Source: Marsupella aquatica (Eukaryota; Plantae; Marchantiophyta). From it: a stretch of DNA of 64,000 nt. The position numbers and the translations under genes are program-made. Below are positions 1 through 14,048 of this stretch, piece by piece (within the stretch, counting starts at the first letter, position 1; each line of letters starts with the position of its first letter). The notes below the pieces were generated by a model that was not told the DNA's origin, ran no database searches, and saw only the letters and a program-made list of their open reading frames with translations. The stretch lies in the NCBI GenBank assembly GCA_973895155.1, contig OZ316898.1, positions 13,295,659-13,359,658 on the forward strand, written 5' to 3'.

Positions 1-994
1 TGCGACACTTCAATATGCCAAGCCTCGTGACTGCTGAAGCCCGCTTTGCAACTGCCGAGGCCCGGTTGGCTCCATGGTCCATGCAGTGCATGGACCAAGA
101 TTGTGCACTCTATTTAAAGAGTCATGGAATTTAGGGTGGGTTGGCCCAAAGAATTTGACAACATCCCAAATCTGAGGGTTTAGGATTTCACCTGATTAAT
201 TTCTAAAACATGATTAGGAGCTACTGTTATAAATATATGTGTACGGTTTACTAACTTTTGTAATCAATCTTTCACTTACTAGGCATTGTTAGGTATTTAC
301 TCAAGGTCTAAGGTTATGATATGTAACCATAGTTAAACTAACCATAGTCGGAGACATGGTTAGGTTAACTAGGATGCACACTATATGCCAAGCGGTGTTT
401 GCTTGAATAAGTGGAACTTAGGCTCATTGTTACGGAGCCACTTGAGAGATGAGGAGAGCTTACACTGTGGAGACTTGGTTTAGCCGACGGGCTTAGAGTT
501 CAGTAAAGCTCTCTTACAATGTGTTCCCATGGACATAGCCTCAAGTAGGTGAACCATATATCTCTTGTGTTGACTACTTGGGAGTTGGATGTGTCATGTG
601 CTTACCATTGCAATTGTCATCTATGCTCAACAGGCAGCCTGTTTAGGTGGCAAAATGGTCAACATTGGGTCAAGCCAAGCGTCAACCACAATTGCAAGCT
701 GCTCCATAGAAGGAGAATGAATGTTTTCTTTCTTGGTAAACAGTTCCTCTTTGACCTCCTTTATTCCATAATCCTAAACCTTGGGAGTGGTCTCCTCCCT
801 CCTGTTTCTCTTCTCCCCCTTTTGATTTGGAACCCTCTTTTCGATCTACACATTCAAGATTTTACAAGATTTATGAATGGTCTTGATGTAATTTATATTT
901 AGCATACTTTTAGAATTTTGCTACTTTGGTTGAATGTAGACCCATCTATTAAAAGAGGTAATCATGTAATACTAGCTCAATACTCGTGCGTTGC

Positions 995-1335
995 ACAAAA
1001 GATGTCGTGACAGCCAAGATGTCGTTCCTGATATTGTTGAGAACAAAAGAGGTCATGTCGGCCAAGCGGTTGTCGAGAATAAAGATGTCGTGTCGGCCAA
1101 GATGTCGTTGCAAAAAAAGATGTTGTGTCGGCCAAGAGGTCGTTGAGAAGAAAGATGTCGTGTCAGCCAAGAGGTCGTTGAGAAGGAAGATGTCGTGTCT
1201 GCCAAGAAATCATTGAGAACAAACGATGTCATGTCACCCAAGATGTTATTAAGAAAAAAGTTGTCATGTCATCTAAGATGTCATTAAGAAAAACAGATGT
1301 TGTGTCACCCAAGATGTTGTTATTTAAGAAAAAAG
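995..1335. repeat. Minisatellite, about 35-bp unit (GATGTCGTGTCGGCCAAGAGGTCGTTGAGAAGAAA), about 9 degenerate copies
   Basis: Unit visible directly in the sequence; it explains the repetitive short ORFs 949-1241. Confidence 0.9.
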
Positions 1336-2215
1336 CTCACGCAAAAAGTGCTCAAAAAATGAGTAACAACAACTACAAAGTATCATCAATCAAGAATCAT
1401 GATTTTTGTCTTTGTATTTTTCATTTTTTAAATCCTTGAAAACCTTTAACTTCCCCCCCCCCCCCCTCTTTTAGGCCTTTTGTACTATTTTTGGTTTTAT
1501 TTTTTCTATTGCATTATGTAATATTTGTAATCAATTAAACTTCTCTTAGGACATAGATTATCATGGGTATAATGTCTAGGCATGGAGAGTACTATTTCTA
1601 TGCATGGGGCTTGGTATGCATGGATAGTACTATACATATATGGTCCATAAAGTATTTGATTATTGTGCATTGGCATTCCCTGACATTCCCCTTTACTTCT
1701 TGCTTGGAAAATGTGTCACCCTTTACTTCACACTAAATATAATTCAATTTTGTTTTATCCCTTCTCTTGGTCAGATTTTTTAATTTTTGTGCCCTGCAAA
1801 TTTGAATGACGACCACTCTAAAAAGTGGCGCAACTGTGTATTATAGGAGTTAATGATTTTGCCATTTTCATTCCACTGTCATGAATACATGGTTCTGTCC
1901 ATTTTTTAAGTTACATACCTGGGTTAATTGATTTCATTGAGAGGCGTCCCTAAGTATGATTATTTAATATGGTCAGACTGCCCTTATGGTTTTGTGGAGT
2001 CTCTAGGTTTAAGTAATTTAAAGAAAACCATGATCATGCCATTGCTATGATTATAAAATTTGGGGCTGGTATGCTTCTTTTATATTTGCCTCAAAAAATG
2101 CATTGAATTACATCCAATAAGATGGAGCCTTAGCCCATTAGCATAGAGCAGTGTGGCCCACATAGTACGTAACCAAAAGGGCAGAGTAATTGTGATTGAA
2201 GCCAAACTTATTTTA

Positions 2216-2596
2216 GGAGATAGTTAATCTCACTAGTTATTAGTCACTTCCATCAGTCAACTTGATCTCAGCTATCATCTCATCTTAGAGAGGCCGCCAA
2301 GTTGCAGTGCAAGGAAAAAAATGGGAAAAAACATTATTTTTTTTTTCAAAATGTGAAAGAAAATTTTGTTTTTGCATTTTTTTCACTATTGGGCATTTGT
2401 ACTATATGGACACCCAACTTGGTGAGGTTAGCCAAGATGGGAGGGTGTCCGTACAGTGTGGACACAAAAATTTCCAATTTTTTTTCCAATTTTTTTCCAA
2501 TTGTTTTTTCCAAAAAAAATTTGGAGCTGAGATTCACAAATTTTTAAGCTAACTGAATGATATCAACCGCTGATAACTGATAATGTTGTGTACACC
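2216..2596. mobile_element. MITE family M1 (8-9 bp TSD; MULE- or hAT-like)
   Basis: TTATTTTA flanks both sides (2208-2215, 2597-2604). Imperfect TIRs carry a CAGTTATCA/TGATAACTG-type core. Homologous to 55351-55785 and 20286-20503. Confidence 0.75.
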
Positions 2597-3272
2597 TTAT
2601 TTTAGGTGTTTGGATTTAGAGGTAAACCTTGTTTTAGATTTTTGGGTCTAAGGAGGGGCTAACCATGTTTAAGTTTTTTGGGAACCCTAATCAAGCCGCC
2701 ATTTTTGGGTTTTGGTGCTCACTCTCTCGTTTGCTTGCTCTCTCGCCATTTCCGGGTTTTGGTGCTCTTGCTTGCTTGCTTGCTGCAATGTTTGTAGTCA
2801 CCCTAAAGTCACTCAGTGCTGATTGCTCACTGCTCCCGTTGCTACTGCTGGTTGTTGTTGCTAGTCAGACGCACATTGCAATTTGTGTGATGCCTAGCCA
2901 GGAATCACTAGGCCGTGTAAGATGGTAAAATTGGGTGGTATACACTAAGACCACTAGTATAAGGAAAAAAATGAGAAAAGATAAACAATTAAGGGTATAC
3001 ATGGAACCCGAGTCGAGGCCGGGAGTAATAGGCATAACGGCCACTAAGGGGCACGATTAGGGTTAGGGCACACTAAGTATTGGCGGCTGCAGGTAATCAG
3101 CGACAAAGACGATTAAACCCTAAACCCAATGGGGGTAAGGGAGGTTCACCAAGAGTGATGGCTCATTCATGCACATTGATTGAGTAGATTGCAAGGAGAA
3201 GCCAACAACTGTCAGCTGCAAAGGTGAACATGGTGGGCGGAAGCACATACCAAGCAACGACATAAGGAGGGA

Positions 3273-6197
3273 ATGAGCAACATCAATCAAGTTGCGCATT
3301 TCTGGGGATGCCTGTTGGAACGGGCAAGTGAGTACATTGGGACCTATGAGGAGGAAAAGTTGGAAAGAGCAGCCCGAGAACGACAAGAGCTTGCTTGGCT
3401 GTGGGAATTGCATAAGTCTGCCTTCCTAGGAGGAAAGCTCATCAAGACTAAATTCCTGTGGACGCCTACTGCCGACAAGCTTGACAATCTTCTATTTTGA
3501 GCCCGATTTTGAGAGAACAAAATCGTTGGCATTTGGTAGGCCATCAACAACTGCAACAACAAACATTGGGACCTAAAGGGTTGCACGGAGGCGTGGACAC
3601 AAGCAACAGTGCTGGGGGAGTCGTCAAGAGCGGCCAAAATGAAGAGGAAGATGGCCAACAACAAAGAAACCACACTGGCCAAAAGAACGAGGTTGGCAGC
3701 ATCAAGAAAACCGGTCGAGCAAGGGAGACAGAGGCAAGAGGAAGCCAAGGAACAAGAGGTCGACCCAGTCAATGTCATCCCCACCAGAGATGATAAATGG
3801 AAGGGTTGGGCAACAATCCTACTATCGACAGTGCAATTACATTTTGCACGGGATTAGGATGCATGCTTTACAACCATGCAAACCAAGAAGTACCAAGGCT
3901 TCATGGCCGGATCAGGCTTGGAAGCCTTTTTTAGATTACTGTGGCTGAAGCCGGAGGTGCCGGAATCAGACTTGTTGGAATTTGTGGGATCATGGGACCA
4001 CAAGTTCAACTCAACCAAGATATACGGGAGAGACTTCTATCTCACTCCCAAGGTGATTGCCAAAGTGTTTGGCTTGCAGATGGGCAACAAGACCAAGGTA
4101 GACACCTGGAAGAACTTTTCAGACAAGGAGTTTAGATCGTTCCCCAGGCCATCAACGAAGAATGACTTCTTCCAAAACACCTGCACCAACCCGCACATTG
4201 GAGAAATGATTGATTTATTGCGAGAGACAATGCATTGCAACCTGCCAAGACCGGAGATTGGCAAGGCGCGGGTTTATTAAATGGCAGAGAGGCCAGACCC
4301 AAGTCGAAACTACAACTGGTACCTCCTTACCCAACTGAAGAAAATCTTAAAGGAGGAACAACAAGTGATAGGCCAGGGGAGCGTGTCCTGGCTTGGTTAT
4401 CACATGTTGCTGTTATGTCGGTATGCCCGGAGTCAAACCTTTGTGCCAGTACGTCCCCTGCAGGCAAGGGCGCCAGAAGAGGAGTCGGAGCTGAGGCCGA
4501 CTGCAAGGAAGCCCGAACCGCCTAGTAGCCCCACAATAGCACAGATCTTTTGGCCGACGCCGGAACCCACGCCGATGCAGCAACCGGCTATGTAGAGTCT
4601 CTTGTAGATGCTGCAAAAGGAGAAGCCGGTAATTGCGGCACATGCATAGGTACAGGCCATGGTTGGGGAAGGAGGCACCACAAGACCCACCAAAGCAAAT
4701 CCCTTTGTCGGGGCTGCGGAGAAAAGGAGGCCCAAAAACAAGCCGTGGGAGCCTCAAGTCCAAAACCCAAGGGGCAAGGACCCAAGGCTCCCAATCATGA
4801 TGAGGAGAGAGGAAGCCGAGCGTGGGAGATGGAAGAGACCCGCACACATGAATAGTTTCCGGCAAGATGCCGCATTTGCGGCTAGCCCCAAAGAAGATCC
4901 ACAGGCACTGGTACTCCAGGTTGGAAGGGAGAGCTTGGAGGAATATCACGAGGACGACCTCGGCTACGGGTCGGATCATTTGGTGTCAGGGGTGCAGACC
5001 TGTGGCCATTTCATTCCCATACTTCCAAGAGTGGTGTGTGGGGACCCGCAACAGTAGAGAAGCCCAGAGTCTCCCCCACAAGACGTCCCTCCGCCAAATT
5101 ACAATGGGAGAAAACAGGCCGACCAAGAGTTGCAAGAGCAACTCCGCGATCTGGAGAGGGCAACCTTGGCCAAAGAGAAAGATTTTCTAGGCGGAGGATG
5201 GCCGAAGGACATTCGGCGGCTTGCAGGGGACCAAGCTGGGCCCTTGCCCATGTTTGACGAGATTCAGAGAGCGACCTGGGAAAAAAGGCCGCATTGGGAG
5301 ATGCCGGCATCTCCTAACTACTCCACCTATGCACGTTCCAGAGCCCTGGAGTACGGGAGGATGTGCAGATTACTTGCAGCCCTTGACGTCTTTGGCGAGG
5401 AGTTAGAGATGGGGCCTTTTCTCAATAGGGAGAGGATGAAGAAGGAGGAGGTCATCCGGTGGCTTAGAGGAAAGGAAGCTGAGGTTGGAGATTTAAAGGC
5501 AACCAAGCAGGCTCAGGACAAGCTGCAGGTTAGGAGGCATGAGATAAGCATCATGCAGGGGCAACTGGCCCAGACCCAGGGGCATTTGGCCGAGGCCCTC
5601 AAGGAAAAGGAGAAGTGGAAGTAGGAGCTCAAAAACACAGAAGCAGCTCACCTAATGGTCTTCAACAAAGCCATGGCCGAGGCGCAGAGGAAGGAGCGGG
5701 CACTAAAGGAGGAGATCAAAGAATTCCGCAGGGCCCTCCATCAGAAAAAGGACGAGTTAGATGAGGCCTACAGGAGCATTGACAAGTTAAAGGAGGACCT
5801 CAAAACCCTATCAGCCAATTGTCAAGCCAAATTGCGTAAGAAGGATGACATGCTCGATCAAACCTATGAGAAGATGAATAAGATAGAGTTTGATATCGTC
5901 CAAGCTAGAGCTCAACACAGAGCTAAAAGCAACCTAGGAGGAGAAGGCGGCCTTACGAAAGGAGTTGGACAACACCTGAAGGAGTTGGAGGAAGCTCGCG
6001 GGGATTTACACGAGACCCTGGAGGAGTTAGAGGATGCCACGCAGAAATTAGAGAACATGCAGAGGTGGGCGGACAACCAAACGGAGCGGCTGAAGAAACT
6101 GTCCGAGGAGTTAAATCGGCAGGCAACAACAAGTGGACCCCCGGTGGTGGCAACAAGGTTGCAGGCCATGGTACTGACTGAGAGACAAGCCGAGGTA
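3273..6197 (+). pseudogene. Family A ORF (Transposase_32-like domain plus long coiled coil), broken by stops and frameshifts; tail continues at about 18366-18762
   Basis: ORF pieces 3273, 3609, 3876, 4281, 4659, 5130 and 5655 align in order with the protein at 41781-45024 (e.g. LLEFVGSW...IYGRDFYLTPKVIAKVFGL). Confidence 0.85.
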
Positions 6198-6272
6198 TGT
6201 GGTGCGTCCCATGGCTCCCTAAACCCAAGAAACCCCCCTGCACAAGCCGATTCCCGCAGGTTTTGCGGCTTA

Positions 6273-8697
6273 TGTGACGCCAATGACATGGTCCTTATTT
6301 TGTAATCTGATTAAGTAGGTTGCTGTATGCAAGGAGTAGCTATTGATATTGCATAACAATTAGCAAGATGGCAAGAATAAGGGCAATCATGGCGTTAAGA
6401 GTAGGGAAATAAAAACTATGTCGCAGGTGGTCGGTGACCATATCTCTTTCAATATGTCACCAAATCCGGATCTGTAAAGAGCATTGGAAAGATCTGGTCA
6501 AGGCGAGTAAAATCGATATAAAACACTCGGGAAACGAAGGTGTATTAAGAAAGATATGGCCTGATTAGTGTGACGGGTTAACTTGTGGCCGAAATTAGCG
6601 GATTCGGCTTCAGTTTCGGGTTAACCCAAGCTCGACCACGGCTTAGCTTATGTGAGCATGGCTTCAGCTTAGCTCAGGTCAGCACGGCTTCAGCTTAGCT
6701 TAGGTCAGCACGGCTTCAGCTTAGGCTTAACCCGGGTTCGGATTAGATTGATCCCGGGTTAGACTTAACTCGGGTTAGCCTAAACTCGGGCTCAGGTTAG
6801 CATAGGTAAGCTCGGGTTCGGGCTCAGCTTAGGCTAGGATAGCGGATAGCGGATAGCGGGTAGCGGCCTAACCCGAGACCACGGGTTAGCTCTACTCGGG
6901 TTAGATAGGATAGCTAGGTTAGCCGAACTTGGGTTAGCTATGTAACTCGGGTTAGCGCAACAGTGAGTACCCCCTCTCGGTTACGGGGGCATAACTCTCT
7001 GTGTATTTGACCAAATCGGCTATAATTGACCTCGTTGGAAAGAGGAGCTCAAGCCGCTTCCAACGCTGTTATCCACGCAGCAAATGGTTGAATACAGAAA
7101 TCGGGAGAGGAGGCATAAGCTCGCAAAAACCATGGAGGAGGGCCGAATCCGAAGTACATAGCCAATTCGAGATAGAAATAAAGTTGTGAGTTAGGGTTCA
7201 GTAGTTAGAGATAGTGGCGGCTCTGTTAGGGCTGGGATGGGGCTCCAGCAGCGTAGCATCCACCCATTTGGGCTCAATGAGAGAGTATATAGAGCAGCCC
7301 TCCGGTAGAGGCAGGGGGGGAACTTCAGTTGTGTGATCTCACTTAGACTGAGCAGCAGGGAGGAGCTCTGTGCAAGCAAGGCTGGACTTGGACGCTGCGT
7401 GTTGGGGAGAGCTTGGTTGTGCTATTACTCAGGGAGTAATCAGCCAAGCTTCACAGCAACGGGTTGCTAGGTTTGCGAGCTGGATTGTGGCTCTTTCTAG
7501 TGGGCAACACAACTGGGTTCTTTTCCCCCGATACAGAGCCTTGGTGAAGGTGATGTGTTGGTGATTGTAAACTGTGGGGAGGATTTCAATGCGATTTGCG
7601 GTGGGCACATTAGGGAGGCTAAGGTACTGATTTAGGGGCAGCAGGAGGAGCATTTACAGTTCAGTCTGGCAAGGCTACATGATCCATGGGGAGTCCCGGC
7701 CTTTGTCTGGTGGAGAGCACTAAGGGATCTATGGCCAGAGCTGAGCTTGCAGGGCAAGCATGAGGCCAGGCCTCATTGTAGTCTGGGGTAGATCGCCGCT
7801 AGGCCTGGTACCAGCTTTGAAGTCGAGTCAACTGTGCATGCGTACTTGACATTCTGAAATGGAGGTGTGAGATCTATACGTGCCCCCAAGAATGAAGTGC
7901 AGTGAAGGAGGTTGAGTTCAGGATTGAGTTTGCAAGGCAAGTACGGGATTGGTTCGAGTCCAATCTGCCATCGCAATCTGGAGTGAGCCGGGCTCAGGTT
8001 CAGGATTGAGCTTGCATGGCAAGCACGGGGCTTGCGGGGCAAGCATGTCGCAATCTGGAGGAGACAGCCTTCGGGCCTAGTGTTCGGATCAAGTGTTCTC
8101 AGTGAACTATTGTGCACATCTTTGAATCCAATTGAGTTTTCCTTTCAGGCCTCATTTCTCTCATGGATGTGTGTGTGTGTGAGGCAATCTGAGTGTATGA
8201 TGAGACTAGCAGCGCCACTGAGAGGTGTACCGGGTGCATTGAAGTGGGTTGGGTGAGGGCTGTCACAGCTCTGATTGCTGAGAGTGGAATGGCAGAGTGG
8301 TGGGGCAATGGCTTAGAAGTCCCTAAGCTGGGAATCAGTTAGGAGTCACTGGTTTATGGGTACATTCCGGTGGTGGAATAGAAACATACCTATGACAGTA
8401 AGCATACGTATAGACCTATGCGCACCGTAGCGCTAGGCCCTGTGTGTACGGGCCCGATATGAAGACCCCTTCTCACCAGAACTATCATGAGCGCAGATCT
8501 GATCCCCAACCTTGGTTCCTTGGGATTGAGCTTGGGTGATGTGTGATAGAGCTTTGCTATGATAGTCTGGTGTTAAGGGCATAAATTGGTGTTTACCGGC
8601 CTTCACAACATCCCTTCGTGATCCTCAGGTACAAGGAGATGGTTTTGGCACCCATAGTGACGTCTTTGGTGTTAAGACCCATGTCAATCGCGTGACA
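6273..8697 (+). mobile_element. Solo LTR family B, copy 1
   Basis: TGTGACGC...GCGTGACA termini with 5-bp TSD GCTTA. Near-identical to 24196-26653. Internal 26-bp tandem repeat; TATA-like AGTATATAG at about 7285. Confidence 0.92.
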
Positions 8698-11246
8698 GCT
8701 TAGCGGCATGGGACGCTGCTAACTCTCTACTAACATTTTACACACATATACTGGACAGATCCTTCATTGGGTCATGAGATACGTAGTCGGCCTCTTCTAT
8801 GCCTCTCGTGGTCTTCCTTTAGGTATGTTTGGATTCCGCCGCCGGAATGATCGCCAACTGGCTTGGGTAAGCCGCTAAGACCTCTCTCAGCTCGACACAT
8901 CCAACTCTTACTGCCTTGCTTACTTTCTTCTCTTCTTGGTTGATGTGGGCAATCTTCAAACAAGTTAATGCGACACACAAATGGCAAAATGACTCCTTCT
9001 GACTGAGTTATACCATGCACTTGCCATACAAATAGTACTTCTCATACACAAGGTCTACAAAAAGCCATGAGGCCAACTCTATTCAGCTCTTAGGCATGAG
9101 GAAACATGAATATACACAAGGGTCACTATATAACTAACCGAGAGCTTCTTTTACTACTTGATCCCAGCCCTGCTAGTGCACTAAAAACTTGCTAAAGAAG
9201 AAGGCCCTTAACTCCCTGTTGCTCAGGTACTTATCCTTGCAGTGAATCCCCCTAATTCCTTGCAACATAAGCCTAATCTATCCTAACTGTAATCTTCCTA
9301 TGTATTGTGAGGCAGGAGCACAAGTGTTGCTCTTACCAGCGGATCCGCAATCTCACTAATCTAAGTGTCAGGGCCGCCTCTTGGTCCTGATCCTAATTCT
9401 AAACTTGGAGATTTGAGCCCGCCCTGCCCACTTATGCCTCATACCTCCACATCCGCCCTTTTTAAAGGGGGTGGTGCCCTTACACGTCACGACACTGGTG
9501 GCTGGTCCTCAATGGACACCCCCAATCCTTCTTTGGCGGTCAATGTGGGCCTCCCATTCTCTGATAGGTTATCCGCTCCTAACCTGGTCAACCCTTTTTG
9601 GCGTGTCCGGGCCCCACCACTACCTCGGCCTCAAGTTCCTCGGCTTTCACTAACCTGGCTTCGGCCTGCCTGGCTTCTATCTGTGGGGGTCCCACCCCTG
9701 CAGCTTCTGTTTTCTCCTTCCCGGCATCGGCTACCTTGCCGTAGTGGTCCTCCTCATAGGCTTGTTCTATGAGTCGGGTTGTCTCGTCCTCCCAAGGTTG
9801 CGGTTGATGCCGATCAATGGTTGGCAACCTTGGGTTGGTGCCTGTCATGGCCTCCCCCAACTAGTCTTCTTGGCCTACCTCTCGGGCTGTTTCCTTGACG
9901 GCCACAACCTCGCATAAGGCTGGTGCCATGCTTTCTACCTCAGCCACAGTGGCCTAGTGAACGGTGTGGCTCCCTAACCTAGAAGGCTTCTGCTTTTTTT
10001 CCTTCCCCACCCAAACCGCTGGTGCCTTCCCCTTGCCACTTTCTTCCGGCAAGGGTGAGGGTACCACGGCTTGTTGCTCAATTAGTACCACGCCTTGAGA
10101 CCCTGTTGCCGCTATCGAGGGTCCACTTGTTGCGGCCAGCCGATTTAGCTCCTCGGACTGCTTCTTCAACCGCTCAGTTTGGTTGTCCGTCTGCCTCTGC
10201 AAATTCTCTATCTTCTAGTTGGCTTCCTCCAGGTCCACCAGGGCTTCGTCCAAATCCCCACGGGCTTGCTCCAACTTTGCTAGGTTGTCTCCAACTCCTT
10301 TTGTAAGGCCGCCCTCTCCTCCTGGGTTGCCTTTAGTTCTGCATTGAGCTTGTGGACAACATCAAACTCGATTTTATTCATTTTGTCGTAGGTTTGATCG
10401 AGCATGTCATCCTTCTTCCGCAGTTTGGCTTGAAAGTTGGCCGACAAGTCCGGCCTCCAGGTCTCCCTTCAACTTGTCGATGCCCCTGTAGGTCTCATCA
10501 AGTTTGGCTTGTTTTTGATGAAGGGCCTTGCGGCATTCTTTGATCTCATCCTTCAGTGCCCGCTCCTTCCTATGGGCCTCGGTCATGGCTCTGTTGCAGG
10601 CCGTTATGTGAGCTACTTCTGCCTTCTTTAGTTCTTGCTTCCACTTCTCCTTCTCCTTGAAGGCTTTGGCCAAGTTGTCCTGAGTCTGGGCTAGTTGCCC
10701 GTGCATGATGCTTATTTCATGCTTCCTAACTCGTAGCTCATCCTGGGCCTGCTTGGCCACTTTTAACTCTCCGGCCTGGGCTTTCTTCTCTCTTAGCCGT
10801 CAAATGACTTCCTCCTTCTTCATCCTCTCCAAGGCTAGTGCGTCCGTCAACCAGCTTTTCTCCAACATCTCCTTATGGACAAAAGGACCTGTCTCCAATT
10901 TTGCCCCAATGATATCGAGGGTGAGTAGCCCGCACATCCTCCCATACTCCAGGGCTCTAGAACGTGCATAGGTGGAGTGGTTAGGAGATGTCGGCATCTC
11001 CCAATGTAGCCTTACCGTTGTCCGAGTGACCGTGTTTTCTGGTAAGAGCATGTTGGTTCTTATGAAGTTAACCTTGCATGCCCATAAGTTCTACACTAAA
11101 ACCAAAATGATAACTCTTGTAAGAAAGGTGGTGGGTATTAAGAAAGATTCAGGTGAAACTAATATACTGTTAAATCATACTTCACCATACTTGCGGATCA
11201 ACACATCTTGGAAACTAATTTTTTTACGACATACAATCCTAATATC

Positions 11247-11608
11247 AGACTGGCTAAGGCTAGGGATCTCATAGCTTTAGAACGACGATAGTGGTTTGCT
11301 AGGAGTACTGGCAGAGTCACCTCTGTGGCTGCGTTGCTGGTCTAGGAGTGATAGCTATTGGAAGAGGTCGAATGGGATACCTCGCTTTACCGGCTCTAGG
11401 GCTCTAGAAGTTGACATGATGTATGGGTCACTCACATTTTGGGCCACTAGGTTTAGTCCCCCCTTTTTTTATTGTGATTCTGGCCTTTGCTTTTGCCGCT
11501 GGCCTCCCTGAGGGAGTTGTTCTGATTTATCTATGGGGCTGTTTGCTTCCCCCCGGCCGTGGGGTTTTCGCGGTCTCACCTTTTTATTATAAAAAATATT
11601 TTCCCAGG
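11247..11608 (+). mobile_element. Short insertion in D1, probably a 5'-truncated LINE 3' end
   Basis: Absent from D2 and flanked by an AATATC duplication (11241-11246, 11609-11614). A Trp-rich ORF remnant is followed by a UTR with an A-rich stretch near the end. Confidence 0.55.
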
Positions 11609-12249
11609 AATATCTCCAAGAGAAAATGAAATAGGAATATCATCTGGACTTCTATTTAGATCCATGACTTCAATAAAGAACAAAGATAATGCACTCCCAC
11701 TCCTCTCGATAAGACATTACTGGGTATACTATTGGCTCATTAGAACTCATAACAGCAGTTGTAAATTGAGCTCCAAAGTGATAAGTTCAATGTTGCCTCA
11801 TGGATGGCTTGTCTAAAAGATGGACTCTAACCAAAAATGGATTACAAAGGGGAAGATTAGGGATATCTCTCCCTCCTGGATTCATGGTGACTCTCTTATT
11901 CCTTTGCTATCCGGGCCAAAGGATGCCCCACCCCTAAGTTCCCAAAGAGACTTTATTCCCTAAGGTCCCATCTATAAGTCTACCACTCACTCCTTTGCTA
12001 TCCAGGCCAAAGGATGCCCCACTACTATGTACATAAGGCAAAGAATAGAAGAGAAAGATGAGAGAAGAAAAGAGGATCACTTCGACGCAAAAATTATCAA
12101 AATGTGGGGATGAGAAGAGAGTGCCCCTCACCACTTTATTTATATTGAATTCAAGAGGGCATGGATTACGCCCAAACGCTTGGATGAAAGCCAAATGGCA
12201 CACATCCAACATAGGAATGTGTGCTAGTACTATTGCAATCAAAATAAAT

Positions 12250-12625
12250 AATGCATGCAAGTAAAACAACTAATGCATGCACGTAAAATAATTTGTGCAT
12301 GCATGCACCTTGTGACTTGCATATTTGCTCACCTTGCATGCAAATAAAATAACTAATGCATGCGCATAAAACACAATTTGCATGCATCTAAAACAATTTG
12401 TGCATGCACCTTATGGCTTGCATATTTACTCACCTTGCATGCACATAAAATAACTAATGCATGCACTTAAAACAATTTCCATGCATCTAAAATAATTTGT
12501 GCATGCACCTTGTGACTTGCATATTTTCTCACCTTGCATGCACATAAAACAATTTGCACATGCATCCAAACAATTTGTGCATGCATCTTGTGGTTTGCAT
12601 AGTTGTTTACCTTGCATGCACATAC
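12250..12625. repeat. CATGCA-rich tandem array (about 80-100 bp units) in LTR D1
   Basis: Repeated AATAACTAATGCATGC...TCACCTTGCATGCACATA blocks. Confidence 0.85.
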
Positions 12626-14048
12626 GTAATAGTCAAATTATTTAGTTACCCCGTAACAAAATATAAATTTAACCTATATACTTACTAATATACTTAGTGG
12701 TAATGATTTCATCATGAATAATTCAATTATCATGACACCGTCCAGACCGCCCTTCTTATCTCCTCAATCGTGGGCAAGGGCACGGCTTGAACCCCTGCCA
12801 GTTGCTGAATGTTCTCTGGCCATACACCGCCTGACAAGTCCTTCTCCTTGGCCAGGGTTGCTTCCTCCAAGTCCATGAATCGTTGCTGCGACTCTTGATC
12901 GGCCTGTTGTCTTCCGTCAAACATTGGTGGAGGTACGTCCGGTGGGGGAGACTCCGTGCTCTCCTGCTGTTGTGGATCCCCCCGCACCACCCTTGGTAGT
13001 CTGGGAATTAAACGGCCGCAGGTCCGCACTCCTGGTACCGAGCGATCCGACCCGTAACCCAAGTCCTCGTGGTATTCCTCCTCGTATTCCCCGTCCTCCA
13101 GGCGTTCTGGTGCCTGTCGGTCCTCTCTAGGACTAGCCGTAAACCCGGCCTCCTGCCTAGGATTATACCGGCGTGCGACTTGCTCTTCCAGCTTACGTAC
13201 CTGACTTCCGCCCTCCTTTTTAGGACTGGGAACCTTGGGTCCTAATTCTTCTGAGTCACTAGAGGCTCCTACATACATCCGCAGCCCCGGCTCGTGTTCC
13301 GGCCTTCTTCTTTCTTTGGCTCCGGTAAAGGGGTTTTCCCTTGACATTTTTCTGGTGCCCGTTGTTGCTACCTCTGGTGCTAGAGCCGCCTTCTCCTTGG
13401 TCAGTATATGTAGGAGGCTCTGCATGGCCGATTGTTGCATTGGTCCAGCTTCCGGCACCTGTCAGAAGACCTGAGCTATCGTGGGATTGCCTGGCGGGTC
13501 GGGCTGCTTTGCTGCCACTCTTGGGTCTGATTCCTATTCAGGCGCTCTAGCCTGCAAGGGAAGAATCGGTGCAAAGATTTGACTTCGAACATACCGGCAT
13601 AACAACGGCATGTGATAACCAAGTCGGGATACGCTTCCTTGGCTGATCACAAGCTGTTCCTCCTTTAATACCTTTTTGAGCTGGTTGAGGAGGTACCCAT
13701 TGTAATCCCGGCTTGGGTCTGGCCTCTTTGCCAGGTAAACCTGTGCTTTGCCGATCTCCGGCCTCCGCCAGTTGCAATGCATCGTTACCCGAAAGAAATC
13801 AATCATTTCTCCTATATGCGGTTGGTGCAGGTGTTCCTGAGGAAGCCATTCTTTGTTGACGGTCTGGGGAACGATCTAAACTCCTTGTCCGACAAGTTCT
13901 GCCGGGTTTCTACCTTAGCTTTAATTGTTGCCCTTGGGCAAGCCAAACACTTTGGCAATCACGTTGGAGGTGAGATAGAAGTCCCTCCCGTAGATTTTTG
14001 TGGAGCTGGTCTCGTGGTCCCATGATCCCACAAATTCTAGTAAGTCCG

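Larger units (their letters stand above)
11019..12737 (-). mobile_element. Solo LTR family D, copy 1
   Basis: TGTC...GACA termini with TSD CCGT (or ACCGT). Removing it restores A2 colinearity. Homologous to 29627-30601. TATAAATAA on the minus strand at about 12140. Confidence 0.8.

Noticed and set aside
1-965. LTR fragment at the window start (likewise 22420-24190)
   Set aside because: Composition is LTR-like, but no termini, TSD or second copy could be shown.
995-1335. 35-bp repeats as a CRISPR array
   Set aside because: Units are contiguous and degenerate, with no unique spacers and no cas genes; eukaryotic context.
3057-3130. TTAGGGTTAGGG / AAACCCTAAACCC as telomeric repeats (also about 18347 and 41445)
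   Set aside because: Only two units, at a fixed position in LTR A; at most a telo-box promoter motif.
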